Positions 39,910-51,839 of a stretch of DNA of 61,045 nt are shown here, piece by piece. Numbering within the stretch: the first letter of the stretch is position 1; each line of letters begins with the position of its first letter. The DNA is from Octopus bimaculoides (taxonomy: Eukaryota): the NCBI RefSeq assembly GCF_001194135.2, contig NC_068987.1:61236378-61297422 (forward strand). The letters run 5' to 3'. Below the pieces are notes generated by a model. The model ran no database searches. It worked only from the letters and a program-made list of their open reading frames with translations, and was not told where the DNA came from. The translations under genes and the position numbers were made by a program.

Positions 39910-40890
39910 CTGCAAAAAGAAATTTATGGATAGAAAATGAAACACAAATTAAATATGATTGACTTAATAATCTAAGGAAATGCAACTTTAAGGGGGAAAT
40001 GCAAAGATATCAAGATGACAGATTTTAATTTTGTTACATAAATTGTTTTTTCTTTATATTTTGTGATTTTACAAACATTTAAAAAAAAAAACACGACATA
40101 AAAGATTTAAATGATAAATAAATTTATTTAAAATAATCTTAAAATAAGATGAGGTTCTTAAAGCAGAAAATACTGGGCTAGGAGGAGGCTAACTAATGAC
40201 AACATTTATTTATATTAGCACAGAAGCTAAGTATGAGCTTTGTTTTGAATTTCTTCTGTGTTTTTAGTAGGAGGAATCGACAACACAAAACAACATTTAC
40301 AAGGAGTAGTAACTTAGGTTAGTAGGAGTCCAAGTGTGAACAGAACAAAAGAACAAACAAAACAAAAGGGACAATAAAAAGAAAATAAACGTGCTTATAT
40401 CACACACTGAAACAGTCAGTACCATAATCAAGGCCAGGAAATGTTTTATAGAATGTCATGTAACTTATGTAGCTATTTTTAAGCCAAAGGTGAATAAATA
40501 TAACAAACATGGCAAGGTTGATAAGAAGTAATAAGCAGCACTCCTTCCCTTGCCCCTGTATAGGAGACCACATTCAACAGTGTTTCTGAATTTTAGATAT
40601 TAAAAGATTAAGATAGAATTAATCAATGTTTTCTTGGTTAATGCTAGCTTAATCTTTTAATAACTAAAAGTAACCTATTACGCTGTACTTCATGCTATGT
40701 GTATTTTGTTACTATTTCTTGTATGTTTATGATAATTTAAAATTGTAACTGTTTTGTTTTTTTAAAGTGAATCTATAAAGAAAATATACCTTTGCTTATA
40801 ATGGCTGTAAAATTCCAATTCCATAAAAGCTAAAATGATACAACTGCATAAAAGTATTTTGGCAGTCATATCAAATATACAGTGTTTAAA

Positions 40891-41106
40891 CCCTTTTGTT
40901 ACCATATTTTCTGTTAACATATGCTGCCTTTGTTTCAATCAATTTTTAAAATAATGAAGAATTTAGTAAAATAACTTTCTCATTATCAAACTGGAACATT
41001 AATTAGCATGAAATTATGATGGAAGATTATAATTTAAACCACTTTGAAACAGTAAGTTTATGTCATAGAACTTGGAGCAGTCTCAGGCAGGTTGGTGTCA
41101 AAAGGG
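40891..41106. mobile_element. TTAA-type piggyBac-like MITE, family E (other copies about 5205-5430, 32972-33407, 39430-39635, partial 5750-5890 and 37795-38205)
   Basis: Ends cccttttgttaccat and gtcaaaaggg|TTAA. Shared internal sequence across copies. Confidence 0.78.
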
Positions 41107-41519
41107 TTAAAATGTAAAAATCAAAACACATTTCGACACACACTTTTCAATGCTTTCAGGGGCCAGACAAATTTCACTGAAGCAGATTTTCTAAGGCTGG
41201 ATACCCTTCCTGTAGCCAATCCATATAGTACCTCATGGTTGAACATGGTTTCACAGACGATTAAAAGTGAACATATATGACTGTGAAGCTTGTTGACAAA
41301 TATTACAAGATGTCAAGGCAATGTGACACAAACTCAAACACACCAGACTTCCAAATCTCCTCACAAGTCTTTAGTTGACCCAAAGCTACAGTAAGTGACA
41401 CTTGCCCAAGATGCCATGCAGTAGAACTGAACATGAAACCATATGATTCGGAAACAAACTTCATAATCACAGAGCCATAGAAGCAACTATAAGCCACAGC
41501 TGCATGTGTAGATGATACA

Positions 41520-41938
41520 ATAGTTCTTTTTTAATCTAAAATATACTTTCCTTCATTTTCTACACTGCTCTTCCATCTATCTCGTCTTATAGGCTGTAGT
41601 TTCCAGCTCCGAATTTCTGGAACTACCGTGAACCCTGGCTTACGCTTATTGTCCAATCCCCATATACTGCATTAATATTCCTTGCACTTTCCGTTGTGTT
41701 GTTGCCTTTATTGAACTCATAAAGCAAAGTATGTCAATTATGCTCCTTTGTCCCGTCCATTATAGCCTTGAAAAATAACTGTTAAAATCGAACTCTACTC
41801 TTCAAACTTGCACTAAGAATAAGGACAAGGTAAAATTACTACCTGCTTTTATAGCAAGTTGATGTAAGTAGTTTATCCCGTCCCCCTCCGACTTTTAATT
41901 CATGCAATTGAAAAAAAACGCATTATTTATGGGATGAC

Positions 41939-41942
<4 letters not shown>
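41520..41942 (-). mobile_element. Internally deleted mariner with transposase N-terminal remnant
   Basis: TA|ttgggtcatcc end at 41942. From 41760 the minus strand reads MDGTKEH..TLLYEFNKGNNTTESARNINAVYG...FQKFGAGNYSL*DE (mariner HTH). Confidence 0.85.
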
Positions 41943-41992
<50 letters not shown>

Positions 41993-42869
41993 TATATATA
42001 TAGTAAGGAATATAATCCACAGTAAATAGATATAACTGTCACAAATATACAAATACTACATGAAAGCACTTGAAAAATAAACCTCTTTATGAAAGAATTG
42101 ATATAATATTCATTATATTTTTGTATTATGAGCTACATTCATACATGAGAATACTATTTGATTGTTTCAGTATGCACACACACTCATTCACTCACTGACA
42201 CAAACACTATCAACAGAGCAGAGAAAAATCAACATAAAACTATAGATAACAACATGATTACAACAACGATAATGAATCGATATTAATACATATATAGATT
42301 TACATTCAGGAATCCATAAAAAGTAACACACACACACACAATTTATATCTAGGCAGTGTATCATAAAAATGAAGCTGTAGTTTGATGGGAGTTTTATAGT
42401 ACATTCAATCATTTATACTGAACAATCTACATACACCTACGCATAAAGGATAGTCAAGAGTAAATGATAACCAAAACCTTGAGTCTTAACTATATATGCT
42501 TGATATTTATTTCAATAAACTATAGCAACAGATACTTTAAAATCATGCAAATATCATCTAACTGATTGATCTAATTGATTTAGGGAATCGAGAGAGATTC
42601 TTACTTAGAAGTGCTGATATAATTTCTGACTAACAACCAAGTATTGATAATTCACTGGTTATAAACACACTGGTCATGCAGTGTGTTTATAACCATGAGA
42701 CTTAATTTTCTATAACGTAAACAGTATAGCTATAAATAGAAACCATATTTATGCAGAGTTCACTGCTGTAATCAGTGGGAGCACTGTATAAATATGTTAG
42801 TTTATGCTATCTCTATTTACTCAAAGAGCATCAAGCAATGATATGATAGTTCTCCATGTGGTAACCTGA

Positions 42870-43200
42870 ACCATACTACACCCTCCTTTTCATGTGACAC
42901 CCACCACCTCCTTTCTCCTTCAACTGTCCACTCAACAGCTGTCCTTGCCAATCTCTCCAAAAGTAAGCACAAAACATTAGCCAAACAACTTCCTTCATCT
43001 GGCTGTTATGGTGACTTACAGTATACGTCGGCCAGCTCTTCTCATGGTTTCATCGTTTGTGATGTGGTCATGTTAGGTGAGCTTCAGAATATTTCTAAGG
43101 TACTGACAATGAAAATCACTCCCCATATTGCAAAACTTGTCCGTTCACCTCCATGTTTCACTTGCATACAACGCCACAGAAATGATAAAAGACTCTTTAA
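42870..43200 (-). mobile_element. Old RTE-type LINE 3' ORF fragment (different subfamily)
   Basis: Minus strand reads SVALYASETW...YLRNILKLT*HDHITNDETMRRAG with stops, typical of the RTE C-terminal region. Confidence 0.7.
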
Positions 43201-43258
43201 TTAACAAGTGTTTTGTAATCTGTCAGTGCTAAGTCCAGAGAATGCCATGGGTCTAGAG

Positions 43259-43444
43259 CAATGCTCCACAACCTTTTTTCACTTGCAATACACTTATATT
43301 CTTTTCAAAATTCGGCAGCACACCTGAACAAAAAATATAACTAAAAGTATAGGGAAAAAGATTATATTCAAGTTACACCGTGGCACACCTAGTATCATCT
43401 CACGGCACACCAGTGTGCTGTAGCATAACGGTTGTGGAGCACTG
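43259..43444. mobile_element. hAT (Charlie-like) MITE
   Basis: TIRs caatgctccacaacc and ggttgtggagcactg. Perfect 8-bp TSD GTCTAGAG at 43251-43258 and 43445-43452. Confidence 0.92.
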
Positions 43445-44735
43445 GTCTAGAGTAGGAAACGGAATATCACATACCCTTTGAGCATTCAGATTACTCAGTC
43501 AAATTTACAGCTTATTCATATTGTTTTGAAATAATCATGTATTATCTTGAAGCTCCGAGATTTCAATGATGTGATTGCTTATCTTTACAATGACATTGTA
43601 GGGTAGGTGTGAGAGGTCAGTTCTGGTCAATCTGATCATAAAACAGGTAGAATTTGGGCCACATATGGTCAGTTTAAATATATCAGATTTAAATATATAC
43701 TAACAGATTAAATATATCCTTGTTCAAAAGATCCTGAAACTGGCAGGATGCCCATAAGTACAGACTACCAGATGATTCAATGGTAATCAACAACAATATG
43801 GATTTTTCTACACTAGCATGGCTGAGGTGGTTTCAGCGCAAATAACTGCCATGATGGGAACATGATAAAAAAACATGATAACTCATCACAGATAGAGTGA
43901 CTCTTGAGCAACCCACACACACTTTAACCTTGACATTCACTACATTTTTAGAATAAAAAATGGCTTCAAATTTTGTCACAAGGCCAGCAATTTTAAGGGA
44001 AGGTGTAAGCCAATTATATCACCCTCACAGTTCAATTGGTACTTATTTCATCAACCCCGAAAGGATGAAGGGCAAAGTCAACCTAGGTGAAATTTGAACT
44101 CAGAGTAAAGAGCTGAAAGAAAAGCTGCTAAGCATTTCGTCCAACTCATTGATGATTCCACCAGGTGGTTGCCTTGTCTTTTGAATAAATAATAAATGGT
44201 AAAATTACAAGAGAGTTTGTACAACTTTTAGATGTCTGCCTTAGTGACAAGTAATAGGTTGAGCCAACACAATAGCAGATATAAATAAGTTCACTTGTGA
44301 ATTGGTGATGGAGAAAGAGAGGGAGTCCAAACAAAACTTGAGAGATGGGGAGAATAGTTTGAGTCAAACTTGAAGCATTGAATCTTAAAAGCAGAATAAC
44401 ACAACACTAAAACATATGAAGAGATACTGCAATGCAGACATGTCTAATCCTTGCTTAGATGGAAAAACAGACATTAAAACAAGGTGGTGGTGGTGGTGGC
44501 AACATCGGCAGCAGTGGAGGTAGTGGAGTTTGGTTGTATGAGATGAGCATGAAATAAATAAAAGCAAAGAGGGTTTCGGTGTAGCTATTCCCAATTGATT
44601 TACTGCAGATAAAAATCTATGGAAATACTGGAGAAACAAGTACAGTACAGTGATGAGATGGTGAACTGTAGAAGAGATAATGTTGAATCAATTCCAGATG
44701 ATTACTGGAAGTAAATTCTCATGATAAATACATAC

Positions 44736-44817
<82 letters not shown>

Positions 44818-46870
44818 GCATGTTTGTAATCCAGAAGGAAAGTATAACTCAGACCAGAAAGTTATTGACAAAATTTTCTGATCTCATTTGCGTTGTTCAC
44901 AAATGCATATGCGTGGGAGGGGTGGGTGTTTTAATGCAGCTTTGTTACACCTGTAAATCTGAAGGTTCCCTAGATGCACTGGAGCCAGTGATCTTATTAC
45001 ACTTTTGGCTGGTGTGTAGCAGCTGTCAGGCCTGCTCTAGTATATCCATGTTGTTGAGATAATCAATGAGACATTTGGAGACAAGCCATAGATTCAGTAC
45101 ATGAAGTGAATTATACTCCAAACTGATTTACAACCAGTCTATATGTGCCGTTATATAATGCTTGACTGTCCAGGCTAAGATATAGCAGTCAGAGCAAAGT
45201 GGATCCAGTTCAGCATGTTTTGTGGGTTCAATTAATGGAACAGCTTTTACAACTGATTCATCAACCCAAAGAGGTAATCATTATTGTTTGGTACATCTGC
45301 TATATCCATATTGCATGGCTAGATGAAACTTCTTGATGCCATATTATGTGGTCAGATTCCCTTCTTAACACCACTCCTTACTAGTTTTTCAAGAAAGATA
45401 TTTTATTCCTCACCTTTGCACGAAGAACTTGCCAGACATTTTATTTAAAGGAGACTTAAACACATCACCATTGCTGGAATGGATTCAGTACAAACACACA
45501 CACACACACACAAACACACCAAAGGCTTCTACACAGTTTCTGTTTACCAAATTTCATTGTAAAAGTATCTGTTGGCTCAAGGCTATAGCAAAAGGCACAG
45601 GGTGCAACACAGTAGAAATGGCATATAAAACCATATGGTTACAAACTGAAACTTTTATGTCAAGAATATGGTATATTTCCAAAACTAAAAAAAGAGAAAC
45701 TTGAAATCTTGATCCTTCTCATCAATAAACAAACACTTGAATCAGTTATTCACATTTATATCTGAAAAAGAAAGGGAGGAAAATAGGTTCTTTTATTTCT
45801 TCATTCTTTGAAGTACAGAAAGTGTTTCTAGTGATGAACACTTCAAGTAAGATAAAAGATTATACCAGCCTACATCCCATAATCTAATGGAACTAAACAC
45901 CAGTGTTGAAAACATTTATCTATGAAAATATTGTTAAATATGGTGGTTAACAAGTTATGAGAAGAGCTTCCAAGATCAACAATCCATGACAATGAGGAGA
46001 CAACACCTGAGTTCTTAATGTCTGCTTCTTCACAAACTTAAATGTTATTTATTATTGGCTGTGGTTCTGGAACACATATCAAACAGTTGGAAACAATGTT
46101 GCTGCTGTGACTGTGTTTAACCCCAGGTCAACCCTGATCTAGGAAACCTGATATCAAAGACATTCCAGTTATGACTATGACCCCCTTTTTTACAGACATG
46201 CTGTATCTCTTCCTTTTTTTCTAAGATAATAAGGGCGATTTGGCTGCTATTTCTAGCAGAAATTTATCCTAAACATGTAAGTTCAAGTATACTAGTATTA
46301 AAGCAATGCCTCAGAATACCAATAAAACTCATTGCAGCTCATAAGTAATGATACAGATCTACAGCTACCTCCATTAACACTACAAGGTTTCAATGTTCTA
46401 ACCTTAACAAAGCCTGTGCTTTGAAATTAGGGTTCCATAGCAATGTATATAAGACTACAAAGACATACAACATTGCAGGGAGAGGGGATGAGAGAGAGTG
46501 TGCAAGTGTGTATGTAAATATGTAATCTTATTTTTAAGAAAATACTTTCTAGAATCGAAATAATTTTGTACTTTGCCTACTACGTGACTCACGTGGGAGA
46601 CAAAGTGTTTCCTTATCTGAAATCTTATTTCATTTCTATTGGACATTTCATTATGAACGGAACACAATTATAAAATAGAGAAATAACAAACAGATATTTA
46701 CAATAATCAAGGCCAATATTTTTTTTTTAAATGATGCACCAACATCACAACAGGCATGACAAACATACAATAAAAAAGAACAAAAAATTTCAATAAACAA
46801 GCAGATAATAAAGCAATTTCAATAATTCTTGATGTATAACATGTTACAGAGTTTTATAGTTCTTCACGTA

Positions 46871-46935
<65 letters not shown>

Positions 46936-48374
46936 CACACGTGCACACATACATTTGTCCATGTAATGAGAAAAGTTGAGGGAAAAACATCTAAAAACTC
47001 TATAATAATAGGAATGGAAAATGACTAAGACAATAGAATAACAAAGAAAATGTTTAAAGACAACCATTTTGCTGCTTTGAGTTTAATTCCTTCCTCTGAA
47101 TAAAGGGGTTCACAACTACTATTTGCCAAGGATAAAACACCAAGGTTATTCCTTCCCAATGAGACAAACCCAACCGTTTCAAAAAAAAAAAAGATAGCTT
47201 TTATTTAACATTCATCCTTTCCATTCCAATCATATACAAACACATACATATAGACATACATACATGCAAAATAGAGCACTATATAATAGAAATGAGACTA
47301 TATCATATTTATTAAGAACAATATTTTACAGGCTACCAGCTCATTTTGCTATATGGCAGTCCATCAAAAATATTTGAAAAAATTATCAAAGATCATACTA
47401 CGAGAGCAAGGAAAAAGGAAAGCATTCTGTCTTTGCTTCCCCTTCTTCTCCAAGTATTATGTATATACTAAATATGTATATTAATGTTTGTGAATGAATA
47501 TCATTTTGGCAAAATGCATGTAAGTATTGCGAGATTCATTTGTATGCACCTACATGCATCATTATAGCAAAATAAATATTCATCTATGAAAGCTAATTTG
47601 ATATCAAGATATTTCTAGGATAGTAAATCATAGCGTATTAAGAGATATATTGCATGTCCCACAGCATGCAAAATCATTATACGTCTTTATCCTTGTGTTA
47701 TTACAATAATTTCAGAATAGGAAGATCAATAAGAGAAAAATCAACATAAATAATCATATTCTACACACACACAACCACAAGCAAGATAACTAGCATTGTT
47801 CTGAAAACAAATAACTTTTTTGAACATAATTTTTTTGAACATAATTCTGCCTAATGTATTATTATTTGAAGGTGGCAAACTGGCAGAAACATTAACATCT
47901 CAGACAAAATTATTTTGCTGCATTTCTTCCAACTTTATGTTCTGAGTCCAAATTCTGCAGAAGTCAACTTTGTCTTTTATCCTTTTTGAGTCAATAAAAA
48001 TTAGTACCAGTTGAGCACTGGGGTCGACATACTCAATTAGTACTCCCCATCCCAGCTTCCACCAAAATTTCAGGCCTTGAGCCTATAGTGGAAAGGATTA
48101 TTTATTTGAAATGCAACAATTGCATTTTCTGCTAACAGGGATATACAGTTCAATATAAACTTATCCCTTACAGAAATACAGACAATCAATTCTCCACAAA
48201 GGGATTCATAATAAACAATGTTCATGGTCATTCCACACTGAGCATCGTTCTGGCTTCCAACATGTGCATCCAACATAAAGTTGTCTGAGAGAAGCAGTGA
48301 ATTTCCTCAACTGCAGTCCAGCCACCTTCAACATCTGACTTTGGGATTTAAAATGGCATATTAATAAGAGTGAA

Positions 48375-48790
48375 GAGCACCGTCTGAGCGCGATCATTGC
48401 CAGAGCAGCTGTCTGGCTTCCATGACGGTGGCACGTAAATAACACCAGCGTGATCGTTACCAATGTCGCCTTCCTGGCACATGAAGGGACATTCGAGCAA
48501 GATTGTTGCCAGTGCCGATGGACTGGCTCCTGTGCAGGTGGCACGTAAAATACACCATTTCGAGCGTGGCCGTTACCAGTACTGCCTGACTGGCCCTCGT
48601 GCCGGTAGCACGTAAAAGCACCCTCTACACTCTTGGAGTGGTTGGCGTTAGGAAGGGCATCCAGCTGTAGAAACTCTGCCAAATCAGATTGGAGCCTGGT
48701 GTCGCCTCTTGGTTCACCAGTCCTCAGTCAAATCATCCAACCCATGCTAGCATGGAAAGCGGACGTTAAACGATGATGATGATGATGATG
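48375..48790 (+). mobile_element. RTE-tail element, family A (others on plus about 22020-22615, 29985-30138, 33500-33850; on minus about 49320-49600, 49845-50440, 58900-59120, 60600-60900)
   Basis: Same 3' sequence as the RTE copies (ggagcctgg...ccaacccatgctagcatggaaagcggacgttaaac(gat)n), internal gtggcacgtaaaa subrepeats, no ORF. Confidence 0.85.
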
Positions 48791-49267
48791 ATAGGGTTCT
48801 TGAGATGAATGCACCATTTTTTGCAACATTTGGAAAGTTATAGTTTCAGTAACATGGGAGCATGAGATTCTGAAAAGTTATTCTAGCTTCATTACAGATA
48901 TGAATAATTCACATTATGAAAGACCATGATGAGTGTGCCTACTTTTAAAATTAGGCATTAGAGACGCCAGTGAATTTAGAATAACTATCTTAGGTAGTTA
49001 GCCACTTAATGTGGATCAGGAAATGTATCAGCTAGCTCAATAGATAACTGTTGCAAGAGATGTGTTGATGACACTGACTACACTTCTCTTCCACACAAGC
49101 ACCTGTGATTTTGATAGTCAACAGAAAGCTCTTAAGTAGACAGTTTTTGTTTCAGTTTATCAACATGATACAAATACACTGACTCTTCTTATGTCAATTC
49201 TTCCTTGTGCATCAATTTTCATGTTTTTATGGCCAAACTACAGCAACTTAACCAGATAACTGAGTTC

Positions 49268-49322
<55 letters not shown>

Positions 49323-51267
49323 ATCATCATCATCATCATCATTTAATGTCTGCTTTCCATGTCTGCATGGGTTGGATGGTTTGACAGGAGCTAGCTAGGC
49401 AGAAAACTTCGCTGTCTGTTTTGGCTTGATTTTTACAGCTGGATGCCCTTCCTAACACCAACCACACTGCAGAGTGGACTGAGTGCTTTTTACATGGCAC
49501 TAACACAGGCAAGGTTAGTTTTGGCATGTTTTTTTATTTTTTAAAATTGGATGCCAACCACTTTATAGTGTGGACTGGATGTGTTTCACATGGCACCAGC
49601 ACTGCCAGGGTCACCAAGTAATTTGCAAGACAAAGATCCTTTGAGAGGGGGGGTGGCATTGAAAGTGATCTTGTGCCAGATAATGAAAGCTTAGAGTGTG
49701 ACAGAGAGACAGAAACATGTGTCTTGCTTTAGAGGAGATACATGGTTACTTTCTACAGATAAACAGCAATGTTCTGTCCAGAACTTGTGCTGCATGGTGA
49801 AACATTGTGCATACACTGCCGTTAATCATTCTACATGTTCTTGCCATCATCATCATCATCATCGTTTAACGTCCGCTTTCCATGCTAGCATGGGTTGGAC
49901 GATTTGACAGAGGACTGGCAAGCCAGAAGGCTGCACCAGGCTCCAAACTTGTCTGGCAGAGTTTCTACAGCTGGATGCCCTTCCTAACGCCAACCACTCC
50001 GAGAGTGTAGTGGGTGCTTTTACATGCCACCGGTATGAGGGCCAGTCACACGGTACTGGCAATGGCCTCGTTCAAAAGGTGTGTTTTACGTGCCACCTGC
50101 ACAGGAGCCAGTCCAGTGGCACTGGCAAAGACCTCACTCAAATGATTTTCTAACGTGCCACCAGCACAAGTGCTAGAAGGCGACAAGGTAATGATTACAC
50201 TCAAATGGTGCTATTTACGGGCCACTAGCACGGAAGCCAGATAGCTGATCTGGCAATGAACACTCTCAGACAGTGCTATTAGTGTTCCACTGGCACAAGT
50301 GCCAGTCATCAAATATTGTTCAATTTCGATTTCAATTTCACTTGCCCCAACAGGTCTTCGCAAGCAGAGTTTAGTGTCCAATGAAGGAGAGGTTGGCATA
50401 GGTACCAGTCATTGGATTCGGTTCGATTTTGATTTCAGATTTCTTGTGTGTGATATAAATGATTGTTTATATTGCTTTTCCTCTTATTGATCTTCCAACT
50501 TCAGACTCTCAGGATTAGTCTAATAATGCATGAACAAAGAGGTATATTGCTCATATAGCTAATCATTTTGTATACTATGGGACATGTAATATTGTCTAAG
50601 ACTTGCAGTCCTAGAAATACATTGATACCAACACCACATGAGCTTACACAAATTAATATTTATTTTGCAGAAAATATTTATTTTTCAGAAAATGCATGTC
50701 TGAAATATCCAATTTAAAACTAAACTGGCTCCTCCCATTATTTATTTATTAATTTATTTATTTATTTATTTATTTATTTATTTTTCTTTGTTTCCATAGA
50801 TAACCAGCAGTGTTCTGTCCAGAAATTGTGCTGCTTTATGAAATATTATGAATGCATCCCAAACACTCATTTTACATGTTTACATGTTCGTAAAACCATT
50901 GCTAATATTGTAAGTAGCATGTTCATGTCCACCAAAAGTACATGTAGAAAAAAAAAGTAAAGATACATTCATAAGTTTACTGAAAATACCCTTACACATG
51001 TTTCATTGATGAAAAGATCCATTCTACAAGGATATACCTGTAATCAAAATACACCTGATTGTGTGTATGTGTATGCATAGATACACTTACTGTTGCATAT
51101 TTGTGTGTTAATGACATGGAAAGATGCAGTGACCTAACCCCAAATCTTATTTTTTCCTGAACAAAACTAGTTAGTTAACAATTAACCACACACACACACA
51201 AACATATATAAATTGACATACATAGACATACATGCATGCATACACATACACACTCACACGCAGTCTA

Positions 51268-51432
51268 CAGAAAATAAAAGAATTCTCAGACACAGGATAG
51301 CTGTGAGGACAGTTTCAAAAATTCTCTGTAGCGGCTTGCTGGCCACTTTTTCCCATCTTCTAAAGGGTATTTACCCAATTTTTTAAGCTGTCTCTACAGC
51401 CATCCTGTGTTTGAGAATTCCTTTATTTTCTG
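51268..51432. mobile_element. TA-flanked foldback MITE (Tc1/mariner-like ends)
   Basis: About 55-bp inverted arms (cagaaaataaaagaattctcagacacaggatagctgt / acagccatcctgtgtttgagaattcctttattttctg), TA on both sides. Confidence 0.8.
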
Positions 51433-51534
51433 TAAAATATCAACTTACTCAATACTTCTAAGTTTGTTTACAATATATATNNNNNNNNNNNNNNNNNNNN
51501 NNNNNNNNNNNNNNNNNNNNNNNNNNNNNNNNGA

Positions 51535-51839
51535 TGCCTAGTACTTATTCTATCGGTCTCTTTTGCCGAACCGCTAAGTTACGGGGACCTAAACACACCA
51601 CCATCGGTTGTCAAGCGATGTTGGTGGGACAAACACAGACACACAAACATATACACACATATACATATATATTTATACATATATACGACAGGCTTCTTTC
51701 AGTTTCCGTCTACCAAATCCACTCACAAGGCTTTGGTCGGCCTGAGGCTATAGTAGAAGACACTTACCCAAGGTACTATGCAGTGGGAATGAACCCGGAA
51801 CCATGTGGTTGGTAAGCAAGCTACTTACCACACAGCCAT
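51535..51839 (-). mobile_element. tRNA-headed SINE family B, well-preserved copy (others about 49-217, 8397-8676, 16860-17080, 29085-29250, 41340-41485, 45510-45660, 54335-54500, 60905-61013 on minus; 55827-56091 on plus)
   Basis: Minus strand begins TGGCTGTGTGG (A-box-like) then GGTTCATTCCC (B-box-like), followed by accttgggtaagtgtcttctactatagcc and an internal (TA/TG)n tract. Confidence 0.88.

Noticed and set aside
51740-51839. tRNA-like A/B boxes
   Set aside because: They are SINE heads continuing into SINE body, not cloverleaf tRNA genes.
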